Of a stretch of 64,000 bases of DNA, positions 9,722-22,600 are shown piece after piece. The position numbers were made by a program, and so were the translations under genes. The first letter of the stretch is position 1. Every line of letters starts with the position of its first letter. The DNA comes from a virus. The notes below the pieces were generated by a model that saw only the letters and a program-made list of their open reading frames with translations, made no database searches and was not told the origin of the DNA. Location: positions 6,944-70,943 of the IMG/VR virus record IMGVR_UViG_3300020193_000013. One strand, written 5' to 3'.

Positions 9722-12700
9722 CTATGCGCTACTACTAACTATCTGCCACTCAATCGTTACAGCCCAATTAAATTGAACAGATGGATGACCAATTAAAATA
9801 CCTAAAGCAGTATCTGGATTCATAACGCCAAATATAAATGATGTTGAAGCTCCATCACCGTCTTGACATATAATCGTACTAATGGGCGAACCAATAGCTG
9901 TTAAGTTACCAGCCTCACGTTTAAACATACCTTCAACTCTATATGATGCATATCCAGTGTTTGTATCTGAACGTCCTACTGCGGTCATGCATACTCTTAA
10001 CGCACTAGAAGTATTAACTGCTACATCAGAACCGGTTACAATAGCTGGTGAACTGTTAGTAGTTACTTGAACTGCAGTTTTGCTTGACCAAGCTGAACCA
10101 GTCCAGTTTGCATGAGTCTTAATAGATTCTTTAGCGGTCCATGATTCTGCTGGTTTATTAGATTCGTCACCAATTACAAAATTTTGATCCGAACTACCAA
10201 AAATACCATTTAATGGTGAAGCCCCGCTTCCGTTAATTTCTAGGTTTCCAGTTAATGAAAGTGCTGTATCAGCGCCAGTAGCTGTAATAGTTGCTGGATT
10301 AGACAACGATGTGTTAATTGTATTACCAGCATTATATGAAGACTGTAGATCAATAATCCCAGCACCACTTGAATGTACTGGTGAACCTACAGTGCTTAAA
10401 GTTCTAAATCTAATTCTGGTATTATAAGGTAAATCTCTGTCAATTCTGATTTTAGCTTTAGGTCCACCAAAAGTTTCGGTATAGTCAATGTTAGCTTCTC
10501 TGACGCTATCGTTTGCAATAACTAATAAGTCTTCGCCAGAAAGAACGTTATCGCCTTTGCTATAAGACGAATTGGTTGGCCAAGTTAAATATGTGGAACC
10601 ATTAACAATTTGAGCCCTTCTATTTGGCGGCAAAACAAGTTCAACTACATCAGAAGCTAGTACTTGAGGAGAAGTAAAATCTGGGTTACCAGCGTTATTA
10701 ATTGTACCGATAGCTACGCCAGATTGATAAACTGTCGTTCCATGGGTAAATCCACCGTTTGTGCCAGAACTATAAACATGCACTAAACCAGTGCTTGCTC
10801 CAAATACTGAGCCGCCTGGCATTGTAGTAGAAGAACCTTCTATAGTTTCGGAGCTTGACGAAGAACCATAAAGAACCCAAGCCAAGGATGTTGGGGCACT
10901 TTGGCTACCGATATATACATGTTTGCCAGACTTTAAACTTTGTCCAGGATTTAAAGTTAAAGGCATTACTTGCAAATAAACAGATTCATCGTAAACTGGT
11001 CTGGATAATTCAGTATTAACTTTGGCTAATTCCCTATCTTCTTTTCTTATTGCCAGTGTTAAATTATCAGATTCGCTTATTGCATAATTGATTCTGTAAT
11101 ATGTAATGGTTTCGCCGTTTGTTAATGCAGATACGTCTTCTTTAACTATTACAGATTTATTTGTTAATATGGATTCAATTGTATAAAAATTGCCCGAACT
11201 GTCTTCAAGCTTGTCTTCTTTTTGGAAACCTAAATCTGGGGGCGACAAGAAACTTAACTGCCTGCTATAACTATCAATTGCGCTCGAAGCTTCTAATTCT
11301 AAAGATTGGGTTTTAGACCATTGGCCATTGTTAATTTGAGTATAATTTGGGGAAGTTGCAGCTTCCGTGCCAGCACCAGTATAAATCAATAGATTGTTTG
11401 GCTGGTTATCGTTAATTGTTCGCTCTTCACCAGGTTGAAGTTCTAATGACCTAAAGTAAACTTTTGAAGCTCCACCGAAATCTCTTCTAACGGCTAACCA
11501 GTATATGTCAGCTGAAGCGTCAACTTGCCAATGTGGGTCAACATAAACTGTACTGTAATCACCTTTTGAGTATAAAAGGACTCCACTGTTAGCGGGTCTT
11601 TGAGACGTAGTGGGTGCCCCGCCGCTATCATTAACTAAATTAATGGTGTTTCCAATAACGCTAGCAATCTTCAACCAATATTGATCACTTTCATTTGCAA
11701 ACTTAACGAAATCGCCAGCTACTAATGGATTCCCGCTAGAATCAACTGGTGCAGAAGAACCGACAACAGGTCCGCCAGCAACTGAAGTAAATAACTGGCT
11801 ACTACTAACTGGCTTGTTTCTATCTAAAACTACATAAGCTGCTTCGCCATCTTCTAAATAAGCTGTACCAGAACCATAGATATCTGCCGTACCAGCGGGA
11901 TCAGCCGTAGCCGTTGAAGAAATTTTGTAATATCTATTGCCCACTATACCTTTAATATAGATATCGCTGCTCCAGCTAACTGGACCATTATATGGATTTG
12001 ATGTAGCACCTGAAGGTAAATCACCAACAGCTGAAACATTAGAATCGGTTACTACACCATCAAAAATAATAGCTCCAGTACCGTCAATTGGAGCTGGTAA
12101 AGAACTTGAACCGATTGAATAAACAAATTCTACTGGAGAATAAGCTGAAGCATTAACAGAAAAAGTGTTATAATCTTCAGGATTTGCATCTTTTACTGCT
12201 AAATCAAAGCTTGCTGCTGAAGCATAATTGTATTTATAAGGGTGTGAGCTTTGGTCTACTTCGGATGTTACATTAGCTAATGTAATTGCTCCAACAGCTA
12301 CACCATTTAAATTTTTAGTTTTAAATGTAAAGGTATTTAAAGCCGCACCTTGAACGTAAACTACTTTCTTATCTGTTCCATCAATAATACACGCAATGTC
12401 ACCATCGTTTAATCCGTGACCAGCAGAAGTAACTGTGTATTCGTCAGATCCAGGACCGGATGCTAAAGTAGCGGCTACTGTGGTCGCAGTGGAAACTGGT
12501 ATTCTTTGGTAAAGTGCGTATCTAGTACCACCGCTAGTAAAGGTAGTTAGATTAAATAAATTAGCATTATGTCTAAAGAGTCTTCTGTTATCAATTGGCT
12601 CAGGTGTTCCGTAATCAAAAGATCCGATTACATCAGTAACTAAAAGATAACTATACGTTGCGTCATTGATAACGTTGTTCAATGTAGCAGTTGCACCCGA

Positions 12701-13714
12701 AATAGCACCTTTAATATAAGAGTCACCAGGAATTACCCCTGTTGACCAATCAGATGCTAGGTCAGCTTGTAGAACATAATTGTAAGCTACGTTACCAGAA
12801 CCAGCCATTACTGAACCAGCACCGGAATCAAACCATACATTGGCTAAACTTAAAGAACCTGCTGAACCAGATGGCAAATTACTATCAACGTACCAGTAAG
12901 CAGATCCAGTCAGTTCTTTGAATCTAGTCATTACTGCGTCCATCCACTCTTTTAATGAATGAATAGACCAATCGCCATAATCAAACGCATTGGCATCATC
13001 GCCAGGTGCAGCGCTTACTGGATTGGTTGTATTAGATCCAGTATAAATAAATTCTCTTCTATTGCTAGATTGCGGATTAGTTAGATTACCATAAGAAAAC
13101 GAATTAAATGGATTTGGGTTCGCTCCACCAGAACCCAGTCTAAACAATGAAGGCTTAGAGTTTGTTACAAATGTTACGAATCCATTTGAATCAACGCCAA
13201 CTATGTATAAAGGTAATAGATTGCCAAACCCAGAAGTAGTAATAACAAACTTGTATTCTAGAACTGACGAGATGGGAACAGTTCTTTGAAACTCTAGCTT
13301 TTCAGATGGTGACCAACCAGCAGTTTGATCAATCGATTCTTCGTCTGTTACTCTTCTATAATCAATGGCAACATAGTTAAGTACACCATTTTGAAACGAA
13401 CCAATAACTTTATCATTTAATGCGTTTAATGTTTGAGTAGCTTCAGTTGACGGTACTTGTAAAATTGTACCGCTTTCACTTGCAGTACTATGAAGGATAA
13501 CGCTGTTAGCGGCTTGGATTTGAAAGTTAGAAGCTTGCAATCCAACAGTGTTTACAAAATCAAATCCTCTAACAACATATGGACTTGTTATGCCAGTAAT
13601 AACGCCACGTAACGCTGAATCAAAATCATAAGATATAGATGATTCTAAAGATCTTATATGTGGTATATCAAGACGAATACCGCTGTAAAATTTTAATCTT
13701 CGTTTGACTGACAT
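9722..13714 (-). CDS. Large baseplate/fibre-attachment structural protein
   Basis: 1330 aa, G/S/T/N-rich beta composition; lies between wedge and fibre genes. Confidence 0.7.
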   Translation of the reverse strand: MSVKRRLKFYSGIRLDIPHIRSLESSISYDFDSALRGVITGITSPYVVRGFDFVNTVGLQASNFQIQAANSVILHSTASESGTILQVPSTEATQTLNALNDKVIGSFQNGVLNYVAIDYRRVTDEESIDQTAGWSPSEKLEFQRTVPISSVLEYKFVITTSGFGNLLPLYIVGVDSNGFVTFVTNSKPSLFRLGSGGANPNPFNSFSYGNLTNPQSSNRREFIYTGSNTTNPVSAAPGDDANAFDYGDWSIHSLKEWMDAVMTRFKELTGSAYWYVDSNLPSGSAGSLSLANVWFDSGAGSVMAGSGNVAYNYVLQADLASDWSTGVIPGDSYIKGAISGATATLNNVINDATYSYLLVTDVIGSFDYGTPEPIDNRRLFRHNANLFNLTTFTSGGTRYALYQRIPVSTATTVAATLASGPGSDEYTVTSAGHGLNDGDIACIIDGTDKKVVYVQGAALNTFTFKTKNLNGVAVGAITLANVTSEVDQSSHPYKYNYASAASFDLAVKDANPEDYNTFSVNASAYSPVEFVYSIGSSSLPAPIDGTGAIIFDGVVTDSNVSAVGDLPSGATSNPYNGPVSWSSDIYIKGIVGNRYYKISSTATADPAGTADIYGSGTAYLEDGEAAYVVLDRNKPVSSSQLFTSVAGGPVVGSSAPVDSSGNPLVAGDFVKFANESDQYWLKIASVIGNTINLVNDSGGAPTTSQRPANSGVLLYSKGDYSTVYVDPHWQVDASADIYWLAVRRDFGGASKVYFRSLELQPGEERTINDNQPNNLLIYTGAGTEAATSPNYTQINNGQWSKTQSLELEASSAIDSYSRQLSFLSPPDLGFQKEDKLEDSSGNFYTIESILTNKSVIVKEDVSALTNGETITYYRINYAISESDNLTLAIRKEDRELAKVNTELSRPVYDESVYLQVMPLTLNPGQSLKSGKHVYIGSQSAPTSLAWVLYGSSSSSETIEGSSTTMPGGSVFGASTGLVHVYSSGTNGGFTHGTTVYQSGVAIGTINNAGNPDFTSPQVLASDVVELVLPPNRRAQIVNGSTYLTWPTNSSYSKGDNVLSGEDLLVIANDSVREANIDYTETFGGPKAKIRIDRDLPYNTRIRFRTLSTVGSPVHSSGAGIIDLQSSYNAGNTINTSLSNPATITATGADTALSLTGNLEINGSGASPLNGIFGSSDQNFVIGDESNKPAESWTAKESIKTHANWTGSAWSSKTAVQVTTNSSPAIVTGSDVAVNTSSALRVCMTAVGRSDTNTGYASYRVEGMFKREAGNLTAIGSPISTIICQDGDGASTSFIFGVMNPDTALGILIGHPSVQFNWAVTIEWQIVSSSA

Positions 13715-13773
13715 AAATTGTACGTTTAATTATCAGATTAAGTTATAATTAAAAAAAGAGCAATATCAATACC

Positions 13774-14220
13774 TTAACCTGGCTCTAATAATATACCACT
13801 AAATGTTAATGAACACCTTAAAACATTCCTAGTTGATACAGAAATAGTGTAAGACGACACCTTGCAATTTTTGATACCATACACCAAAGTTCTAGAAGCT
13901 CTATCGTAAATATTAATATCTATATACTTTGAGTTAGTTGATATTATCTCTCTAGCGTCATCGCTTCTATAAGGCACTAAACCTATCTTTTCTAAGTTGG
14001 TGCCTTTTAAAATATAAATAGCCATTGTACCACGAATCAAAGATGGTGAAGCGCCTTGAGCTATTTCAAATGGAAATGGACTATCAACTGCAAAAATCTC
14101 TTTTTGGCCTTGTGATACGTTTAACTGTAAATCGGTCGCATATCCAACAATCTGTTCAAAGCCGTCTTCTGGCTTGACCTTAACTATTAATGACGGACCT
14201 GTTATAATTCTACTAATCAT
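13774..14220 (-). CDS. Tail-tube-like protein (tube paralogue or initiator)
   Basis: Aligns by eye with 38478..38939 (IITGPSLIVKV..VGY vs IMTGARAKV..VGL; PFEI vs PVEI). Confidence 0.6.
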   Translation of the reverse strand: MISRIITGPSLIVKVKPEDGFEQIVGYATDLQLNVSQGQKEIFAVDSPFPFEIAQGASPSLIRGTMAIYILKGTNLEKIGLVPYRSDDAREIISTNSKYIDINIYDRASRTLVYGIKNCKVSSYTISVSTRNVLRCSLTFSGILLEPG

Positions 14221-14228
14221 AAAAACCT

Positions 14229-16619
14229 TTAAGTTGCGCTAGATGCCCATACGTATGTGGCCGCTTCGGATATTGGGGCTGCTTGATAAGCAGATGTCCC
14301 ATCGCCCTCGTTACTTAAACCTAAGTCGCTTGGGTAAATAACAATAACTTCTAGTTTAATGCCGCAAGCTATTATTTTCCTTAATAAATCTTCGCAGTAT
14401 ATCCTAGCATCAGCAGAGCCTGTTAAGTATGCCGTATAATCAGAGCCATCTATGCTTGGCGTATAAGTTAACGGGCTTGATAGCAAATCTATATCAGAAA
14501 CTATATGGTGAGTCTTTTTAAACTGATATCCAGATTCTAATGTTATCTGATACGTATTATCTTCTATTAATGTAGTACTGGTACCACTTGTTTCGATTGC
14601 GCTTCCAAATGACGTATGCACAAAATCGTATACATTAGATGATGGCACGTTTGTTACTATCCAAGTACCGTTAAAAGTTGTAGTTCCAGCTATAACCACT
14701 TGTGAGCCTGGAACAGCATTATGAGGTATTGATGTGGTTACTGTGACGCTATTGCCAATTCTAGATATATTGATTATATTAGCGATAACATTAGATTTTT
14801 GCTTCTGACTGTACGAATATTTTACAGGGCCTTCTTGTGCCTCTGTGTTTAAATCAAACATTAAGTAGCCTTCTGATTGAGCAAAGTTGCCAGTTACCAG
14901 TATGTTTGTCTTAATATCGCCAGCTTGTATTTTTGATCTAATAAGTCCAGTTGGAGTTGCTAATGTATAGTTTGCTTCAGCGTCAAAAGTGTATGGCCCT
15001 AAAAATGAATTGATGGGATCGTCTATTAATAAATTAGTTGCGTTTACGGTTATAATTGCGCTCGAATAGTTCTTAGCTACATCTTGCTTCTGCCAGTAGA
15101 AAGGATTTGAATCAGGTTGTTTTGAACCACCATAAGAAGGCCCGCTATTTTGCAAAGCTAACCAACTAAAGTTATTATATATTTTGATGGCTCCTGTGGT
15201 GTAATCTATACCATTTAACCATTCATTGTCGCCAGTAAGTCCGTGCGGCGTTTTGGTTACTATAGTTACATAATTGTTTTCTCTGTAAATCTGATCTATA
15301 TCTAAAACTGTGGGGCCAGGTAGGGTAACTGTTCCACTATCGGCCTCGTTATCAGATCTTGCTTGGTGATACCTAAATGAGTATGCGTTAATGATTTCTA
15401 TTTTTTTGTTGTCATCTAACGCATCGCCAAAAGTTCCGTCAAGATCGCTGTAGTTGTACAGCATATGTAGATGCGCTGCGCCAATTAAATCTCTTTCTAA
15501 AATTGTAGTAGTGGCGGGCAAGTACATTTTTAAAAGATTGGCGGCTGGTTCAAAAGCCAAAGCGTATCTCTTTCTAGAATGCGCCGTACTCTTTTTAGCT
15601 AAAAAGAATTTTAAATCATCATAAACTACTTGGTTTACAGTATAACTATATGTATTTCCAGGAGTATTTATTGGCGGATAAACATTTGGAGAAGAGTTTT
15701 TTAAATCTTGTATAACCGTCTTTATTTCAAACCAACCAGAATCAGGGCTTGGTATAGTTTGAGGAGGGCTTACGTTTGTTACAGTAAAAGTTCCATTTAG
15801 TTCTGAGTTAGCAGTTTGAAACGGATAACCATAAATCATAACTCTATCATCAATTAGAACTTCGTCTAGTTTTGGTTTAGGTCCGCCATCCCATCTAAAC
15901 CTAATAGTAGTTTCATCGTGCTTTGTTATTTGCCATGTTGTAGTATTTAATGGTGATAATTTAGTATCACGCATTTGTGGGAACTCTAATATCGATTGCG
16001 CTCTTCCACCCCAAACTTGTATTAAGCTGTAAGGACCTTTTGCTCCAGCAAACAGTTTTACATATTTAAGGTCAGTATCAAAATCGGTCTCAACTGTAGC
16101 ATATCCAGTTAAACCCTGGTTCTTAATCCAAACGTTTATAACGTTAGCAATTTCTTGAGCCGAGGCTTGGAAGGCGTTGCTAAAGCCTGATGAGTTAAAA
16201 ACCAAAGTTCTTACTTCCCCGTCTTCAAATATTAAACTTAAATCTGGTTCGCCCGAAACGTCATATGGTTCATACTTTGTAGAAATTGTACTCCCCCTGA
16301 CATACTCAGGCCCGTAAAAGATTTCAAGTATTGAATGCAGTGCGCTAGATATTTGTTTAGCCGCCGTTACGTTAATACCAATCTTTCTAAAGTAGTAATC
16401 TGAAATCCCAAGCTCTGGCGGCCTTGTTATACCTAAATCGCTTAATATGTTATCTAGGTAAACATCAGAAGCTGTTGAAATCGTTAACTGATCTGTTACT
16501 GCAACGCCATTTTTTTCTAATATATTATACGCTTCGCCAAAAGCATAAAGAACAGCATCAATATTAGGTCCATTTAAGAAGTTGGACAAATACTGTTTGA
16601 ATAATTTAGTATTATCCAT
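14229..16619 (-). CDS. Baseplate wedge protein
   Basis: TAS..YLD motif of wedge subunits; directly downstream of J-like gene. Confidence 0.65.
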   Translation of the reverse strand: MDNTKLFKQYLSNFLNGPNIDAVLYAFGEAYNILEKNGVAVTDQLTISTASDVYLDNILSDLGITRPPELGISDYYFRKIGINVTAAKQISSALHSILEIFYGPEYVRGSTISTKYEPYDVSGEPDLSLIFEDGEVRTLVFNSSGFSNAFQASAQEIANVINVWIKNQGLTGYATVETDFDTDLKYVKLFAGAKGPYSLIQVWGGRAQSILEFPQMRDTKLSPLNTTTWQITKHDETTIRFRWDGGPKPKLDEVLIDDRVMIYGYPFQTANSELNGTFTVTNVSPPQTIPSPDSGWFEIKTVIQDLKNSSPNVYPPINTPGNTYSYTVNQVVYDDLKFFLAKKSTAHSRKRYALAFEPAANLLKMYLPATTTILERDLIGAAHLHMLYNYSDLDGTFGDALDDNKKIEIINAYSFRYHQARSDNEADSGTVTLPGPTVLDIDQIYRENNYVTIVTKTPHGLTGDNEWLNGIDYTTGAIKIYNNFSWLALQNSGPSYGGSKQPDSNPFYWQKQDVAKNYSSAIITVNATNLLIDDPINSFLGPYTFDAEANYTLATPTGLIRSKIQAGDIKTNILVTGNFAQSEGYLMFDLNTEAQEGPVKYSYSQKQKSNVIANIINISRIGNSVTVTTSIPHNAVPGSQVVIAGTTTFNGTWIVTNVPSSNVYDFVHTSFGSAIETSGTSTTLIEDNTYQITLESGYQFKKTHHIVSDIDLLSSPLTYTPSIDGSDYTAYLTGSADARIYCEDLLRKIIACGIKLEVIVIYPSDLGLSNEGDGTSAYQAAPISEAATYVWASSAT

Positions 16620-16620
16620 T

Positions 16621-19600
16621 TTATGTACCTGTTATGGTAACAGTTATATCCGTGGATGGATTTATAACCAAAGCCTTTTCATCTGGATTTACTTTAATAA
16701 GGTCGCTACCTAATGCAAAGGTAGGATCTGTTATAACTACAGATACAACCCCTTCGAGATTTGTAGCAGTAGCTATAACCCCTGATAGAGACACGCTTTC
16801 ACCAACCCCTAATGTTGCAATATATCCAGCTATCGCAGCTTTTACTGAGTCTTGGACTTCTGAATAGCTTAAGTCAGTTTTAATTCTAACGCTAACAGAC
16901 ATTGTAATCTTTTTAATAATGGCTGGTTTAATATCAACATTAGCTCCAGCAGCTTTCACCCCAGGATATTGAATTGAAGATGTTGGATCGCCGTAGATTA
17001 CTTTATTGACTTCTTGCATTAATCCAGTGTAATGCTGATAGCCATCAATACCATGATGAATGTTAGTATCATAGTTAAGCTTATTAAGTGCTGTCAAGTA
17101 TGCACCATTTGAACTAGATAATCTTGTGATTAGTTCTGGCGAATCAACCAATATGTTAGCTAAGTCACCTTCAGCTGGACCAACCGATACAATCTTTTTA
17201 TACATCTTAACTGGTTTTTTTTCTAAAAAAAAGAATTGGTCAACTTTATTGCTTAAAGATTTTGACGCAGCGTTTTCAACAAATGCTTTTGTATACAAAA
17301 CCGAAGATTGCGGGAATAAGGATGAACCATCTACTGCATCATTTAAAACTTCATATTGTCCTGTATTCTTTTGACCCAATACGTCACCAGATACAACTAA
17401 AATATCGCCCGGCATAATTGAATCATAACTATAGAAAGTCATATCGGCTGGATCTAATATTTGGGTTACCTCTTCAACTAAATTGCCTTCAACCCAAAAA
17501 GCGTCTTGACCATAAGTTCTAACAATTCTGTAAATTCCATAGTTGCCAACATCAAACTCTAATTTTTGCCAAACTGTGTCATCTGTTCCAGGAGTTACTG
17601 GCGATGCTGGTGTGTTAATTGCTAAAGCTTTCCAAAGCCTGTCACCATATAATGTATAGTCACCAATTGAATACGATACGCTTGTTGAATAATCACTGTA
17701 TTGTTTCCAAAACGCTGGTGATACATCCGGCTGCTGATTTATTCCATTTTGAATACTAACGTATCTAAGTTGAGAAATTCCATATTTTACTTTATTTCCA
17801 ATTACATATGATTTGGCAGCGCTCCACGTTTGAGGTAGTACTCCAGCAATTCTTACCCAGTCACCCTCAATAACGCCAGCGGTATATAGTGCTGGGGAAG
17901 TGCCGTTTATTCTAATGAATGCTGTAAAATTCCCGTGTCTTTCAACTTTAAATAATGTAGTGCTATCAATTGAAATATTTCTTTTGGTTACGAATTGGCC
18001 AGAGCCGCTAGATATTGTAACTGTTGCTATAGTTGATGTTGTTGAAACATCTATTACCGTACTATCACTAAACCCATTTGTTTTCTTTTCTTGGATTATC
18101 TGACTCATAGATATCCAATTTCCAGGTACCAAACCTTTTCGCAATTGATAAGGAATGTTTACAAGTCCAAGTCTGTTGTTTTGAAATTTTCCAGAACCAA
18201 TTAAAGCAACTGTGCTTGAATTTGCTGTACCGCCAATAACTTCAACAGAACCCAAAGAACCTAATAACTGACTAGATATTTGTAACTCTTCATTATATTT
18301 AGAGTTTTCTATGCTAGCGACATTTTTAATACCACTAACAATTAACCTGTTCCATAGTGAATATAAATGTTTTTTAGTTGCCGCTACAATACAAATTTCT
18401 TCACCAATTTCTGGAGCATCCACCCAAGACTGTTTTAAATTAAACTGAGGATTTAAAGTTAGATCGCTAGTTGAAATACTATTGGCTCCATCATATAACA
18501 TTATATATGGTAAGCTTCCAAGATATGTTCCAGCGACGGCGTTGCTAGATGTTACATTTGAAAACTTCTCAGACTGGCAGGTTATTAAGCTTCCGCCGCC
18601 AGATGTAATACTATCTAAAACTGTGTATGTTTTATTGTAATCCGCAGAAACCCCTGAAACCGTAATAGTACTACCTTTTGGGACAACCACCGATGTGGTA
18701 AACACAACTTTGCGAGAACTCTTGGTAGTAGTGTAATTTATTATATTTCCAGTTAAATAAGATGAAGAATTTTCAGTGTTTACACTAATACTTGCAGAAG
18801 TAATACCACCAGTGTTATTAGATATACTAATGATATCATTCATGTTGTTTGCTGCGTAATCTATAACCTCTTGAGCTGTCGAACCAACGGACATGATCTT
18901 TAAGTAATCAGTGCTTCCACCAATACATCTAGCAAGCTTAGCTACAGACTTCATTTTTGAAGCCGTTCCGCTGGTAGCAGAACACGAACCAGATGTAGAA
19001 CGATGCTTGTACGTAAATGTAAGCGGTCCAGTGTTTGTTACGATATAAACACCTTCAAGACTTTCATCCGTCAAGGTCCAGAAGGTTGGGGTTATATCGG
19101 GTTGGTTGTTTAGATTGGCTGCTTGCAGTGATTTATACAAAAGTGAGTTGTACTTAATGACATCGCCTATGGCATAAGTTGTAGCATTACTCCAAGCCTG
19201 AACATTTAATCCAGATATTTGTACCAAATCACCGGTTGATGGTGTGTATGGAGGTGCGGCAGATAACGTAACCGTTACCGTTGATCCAGACCTTGACACG
19301 GATGAAATCGGTGAGGCGTTTGTTACATCTGCCCCATAAGATTGGAAGTCGTAACGGCTTGCGGCACCGATACTAAACGTGCCTGCCGTATTGTCTATTG
19401 TGCATTCAAAGAATCCGACCCCAACATTAAAAACCTGATAAACCTTATTAGAAAAACTGGCGCCAATATTTCTAAACATTACTAAATCGCCAGCAGATAA
19501 CCCAAGCACATTAGTATAAACTTTAAACGTTGCGTTAGTTAAAGTAGCACTTGTTATAAGTCCGCCAGGAATGCTTGTGTTTATAGGAACTGTGATTGTA

Positions 19601-22600
19601 GAACCAGAAACGCTTGATACAAAGTATGTGCTATTGGCTGGTCTGATAGATGGGTTTGATGCGGAAGCTGTAGTATCGTAAAGACCAATTCTATCCCCAG
19701 TTGATACATTATGTGTTAATGAATAAGTTAATGTTATCTTCCCGGATGGGAACCCGCCCGATGGAGTTCCATCGATGCTTATTGAATCAAATACTAAAGC
19801 ATCACTAACAGATGACCCTGTTTTCCTCTTAATAGTAAATGAAGTAGGTGTTACTCCAGTAACAATAGCAGTTAAATCTTCATTATTACTTAAGAAATCT
19901 GAATATCCACTTATCATTACTATATCATCTGTACTTACAGCAGATACTGTAATTAAGCTAGGCTGAGTTCCGACTCTATATTGATATGTTACGTATTCTT
20001 CGCCGTTTACTCCAGGTGAAACGGATACCGTAAAAGCGCTGGTGCCATCCCAACTTGGAGTCCTTAAAGATTTTACTGGCAATACAATACCAACATCCAC
20101 CGTATCGCTAACATCTATAGTATAAGAAAGACTTGTTTGAGTACTGTCCGATGGGTATAAAAATCCAAACCTTATCAAGTTACCAGAAGGTCCGAAATCA
20201 GCGGAACTTATTTTAATGTCTAGCCCAGTTAACCCATCTTGGATATTATAATGAGCCTTTCTCCAAGCTTTAAAATCTGCAAAGTTAAAACTGTTAAATG
20301 AGTTTACGTCATTAAGCGTTAAATCAGATTGAGCGTCATCAGCACTAAAAGATGTTGTGGTAGGAGCAATAGTATTATTAACCGACAGCCTTCTAGCTAC
20401 AGGCAAAGAATAATATTTAATTTTGCTGTCACCGTCTATCGTTACGTTTACAGAATCTTCGCAATCTAACTGGTATGATTTTCTTAAAAAGAATCTATCG
20501 CCAATCTGCGGTATACTTTGACCAGCTGTCATATAATTAGGAACAAGCCCTGTTATTACACCAGTTAAATTATCGTAATTCTTAACAAAAACTCTTCTTA
20601 ACCTGTTTGACTCTGAAATATTCGATTTATTTGCGATATCATATTGATCTAAAAACTGTATGTAATCAGAAGTATCACCCTTTAAATCAATATAGTTTAA
20701 AGTTGGAGTAAACTCCGAATTAACCAAGTTTATAGCTGAAACGGTATCATATGTAAAGGATGGTATTCCGTAAGTTAAATCATCTGTTACATTAAAACCA
20801 ACATGAGAAGTTGTATTTTTAATAACTTGACCAGTTGACAGTAATAATGATGTAGCATTTTCATCTGCCGCAACGCATAATATCTCACCAGTAGAATCTA
20901 ATGTAGAAGTAGAAATTCTAAGCCTGCTACCAACTATATCAACTATAGAACCTAATAGCTGAGATTGAACTTGAGACTGCATCGAAGACAAACTTGCAGG
21001 CCCGGTAATTGAAACCTTTTGCATCGGAGCTAGGCTTCTGGTAAACAGAATTTTATTAATTGGAGGATTTGTTATCCATCCAGTAGTGGCACCTAAAGCA
21101 TTTTTAAAGGTTAATTGACCCGGTGCGGCAGTTTCAATTCTCCAGAACCCCGCATTAGTTTGTAGTCCGTCAGAACCATTTGTCCAGACTAGTAACCAAT
21201 CGCCTTCTTGTACTTCTTCAAATCCTTCTGGGTTAGCTGGCGTTATAATGTTTCTACCATTTAATGTTACCGTACTGCCAGATATTGTAAATTTAATTTG
21301 GGTGGTGCCTCTAATACCGCTAGGAATGACTTCTGAACCACCATCCAAAATAAACCATAAATTTCCGCTAGTTGAAATGCCATTTGGTAGTTCGCCAGTT
21401 AAAAGTTTGGCACGTGTAAATTTAGAACCAGCAGTAAACGAATCACCTTCTGGAGCTTCTTCGACTAAGCCCACCTGTGATGTATTTCTGTTTAGCGTGT
21501 AGTCAGAACTTCTACCTTCAGATATTAGGGCAGTGCTTGTATCAAAAATTTTAGTTGCTAAAGTGCCACCAACTATTTCAATTCTAGCTAAATCATTTAA
21601 ACCTTTGTTACTGGCAAATTTGATCTTATCCCCGTCAACAGAAGCTGTTACGCCAGGCATCAAACTGTTAAGAACTTTCACCCAAACTTCAATACTTTCA
21701 GTAGAATTTACCGTAGATGTTGGATTGATTCTTTGAAAATCAATGTTTGTTAGGGTTACGGTAATATCTTGAGTATTATCAATATTATATATTAGTGTGT
21801 CATTAGGAATGATGCCTGTTGACCATAACGACTTTGATTTACTATAAAGCTGAGCAGGCAACCCATCTTGGTATAAAAGCTCATCGTTTTTATAAAGCCT
21901 TAATGTAAATTCTTCATTATCAAATGGAAACTTTAAAGCTGAGTTTGCATTATTAGATGTTAAAGTGTTTACTTTAATATTGTTTAAAGTAGGGTCTTTA
22001 GGGAAAATGACAACGCTTTTGCCGCCTCCTGCAGTATTAGCAGAAAAGTTTAAATTTGAGTTAGCGTTTATAGATGCGGCTACTTCCTGAGCTGTAGCTG
22101 CGGTAGCTACTCTAAAATCAGCGCTCTTAAATTGATGTATAGATGAAACTCCGTTTACAGAAACACTTAAATAAGACAAATCAGCGATATTATAAGGATA
22201 TCCTACGTCAGTTTTTAATCTAGCTTGCGCTACAGGTATATTCCTTAGTTGAAGATTTATTTCTCCACCTAAAGCTTCGGCTATTACCGTTTCTAATCCA
22301 ATGCCGCTAAATATAGGCTCGTAGCCTGTACCGTCATCAAATACTAATGCGGCGCTAGAATCGGAATGGTTAACAACACTGCTTGATGTTGTAGTTTTAA
22401 GTTCATCTGGAGAGGTAACGTTTAAACTAGCGGCCTTAATAGAATCTGATGTACCTTTAGCCTTAAGCTGTTCATAGTCTTTAATTCTTTGCCTAATTGC
22501 TTCATCGTTATCAGCATCTTTACCATTAGTAAACGGCAATGGATTTGTAGCCGAAGCCGTAAACGGTAAATTTAAAGCTAATTGTATAGCGTTTTTATAA

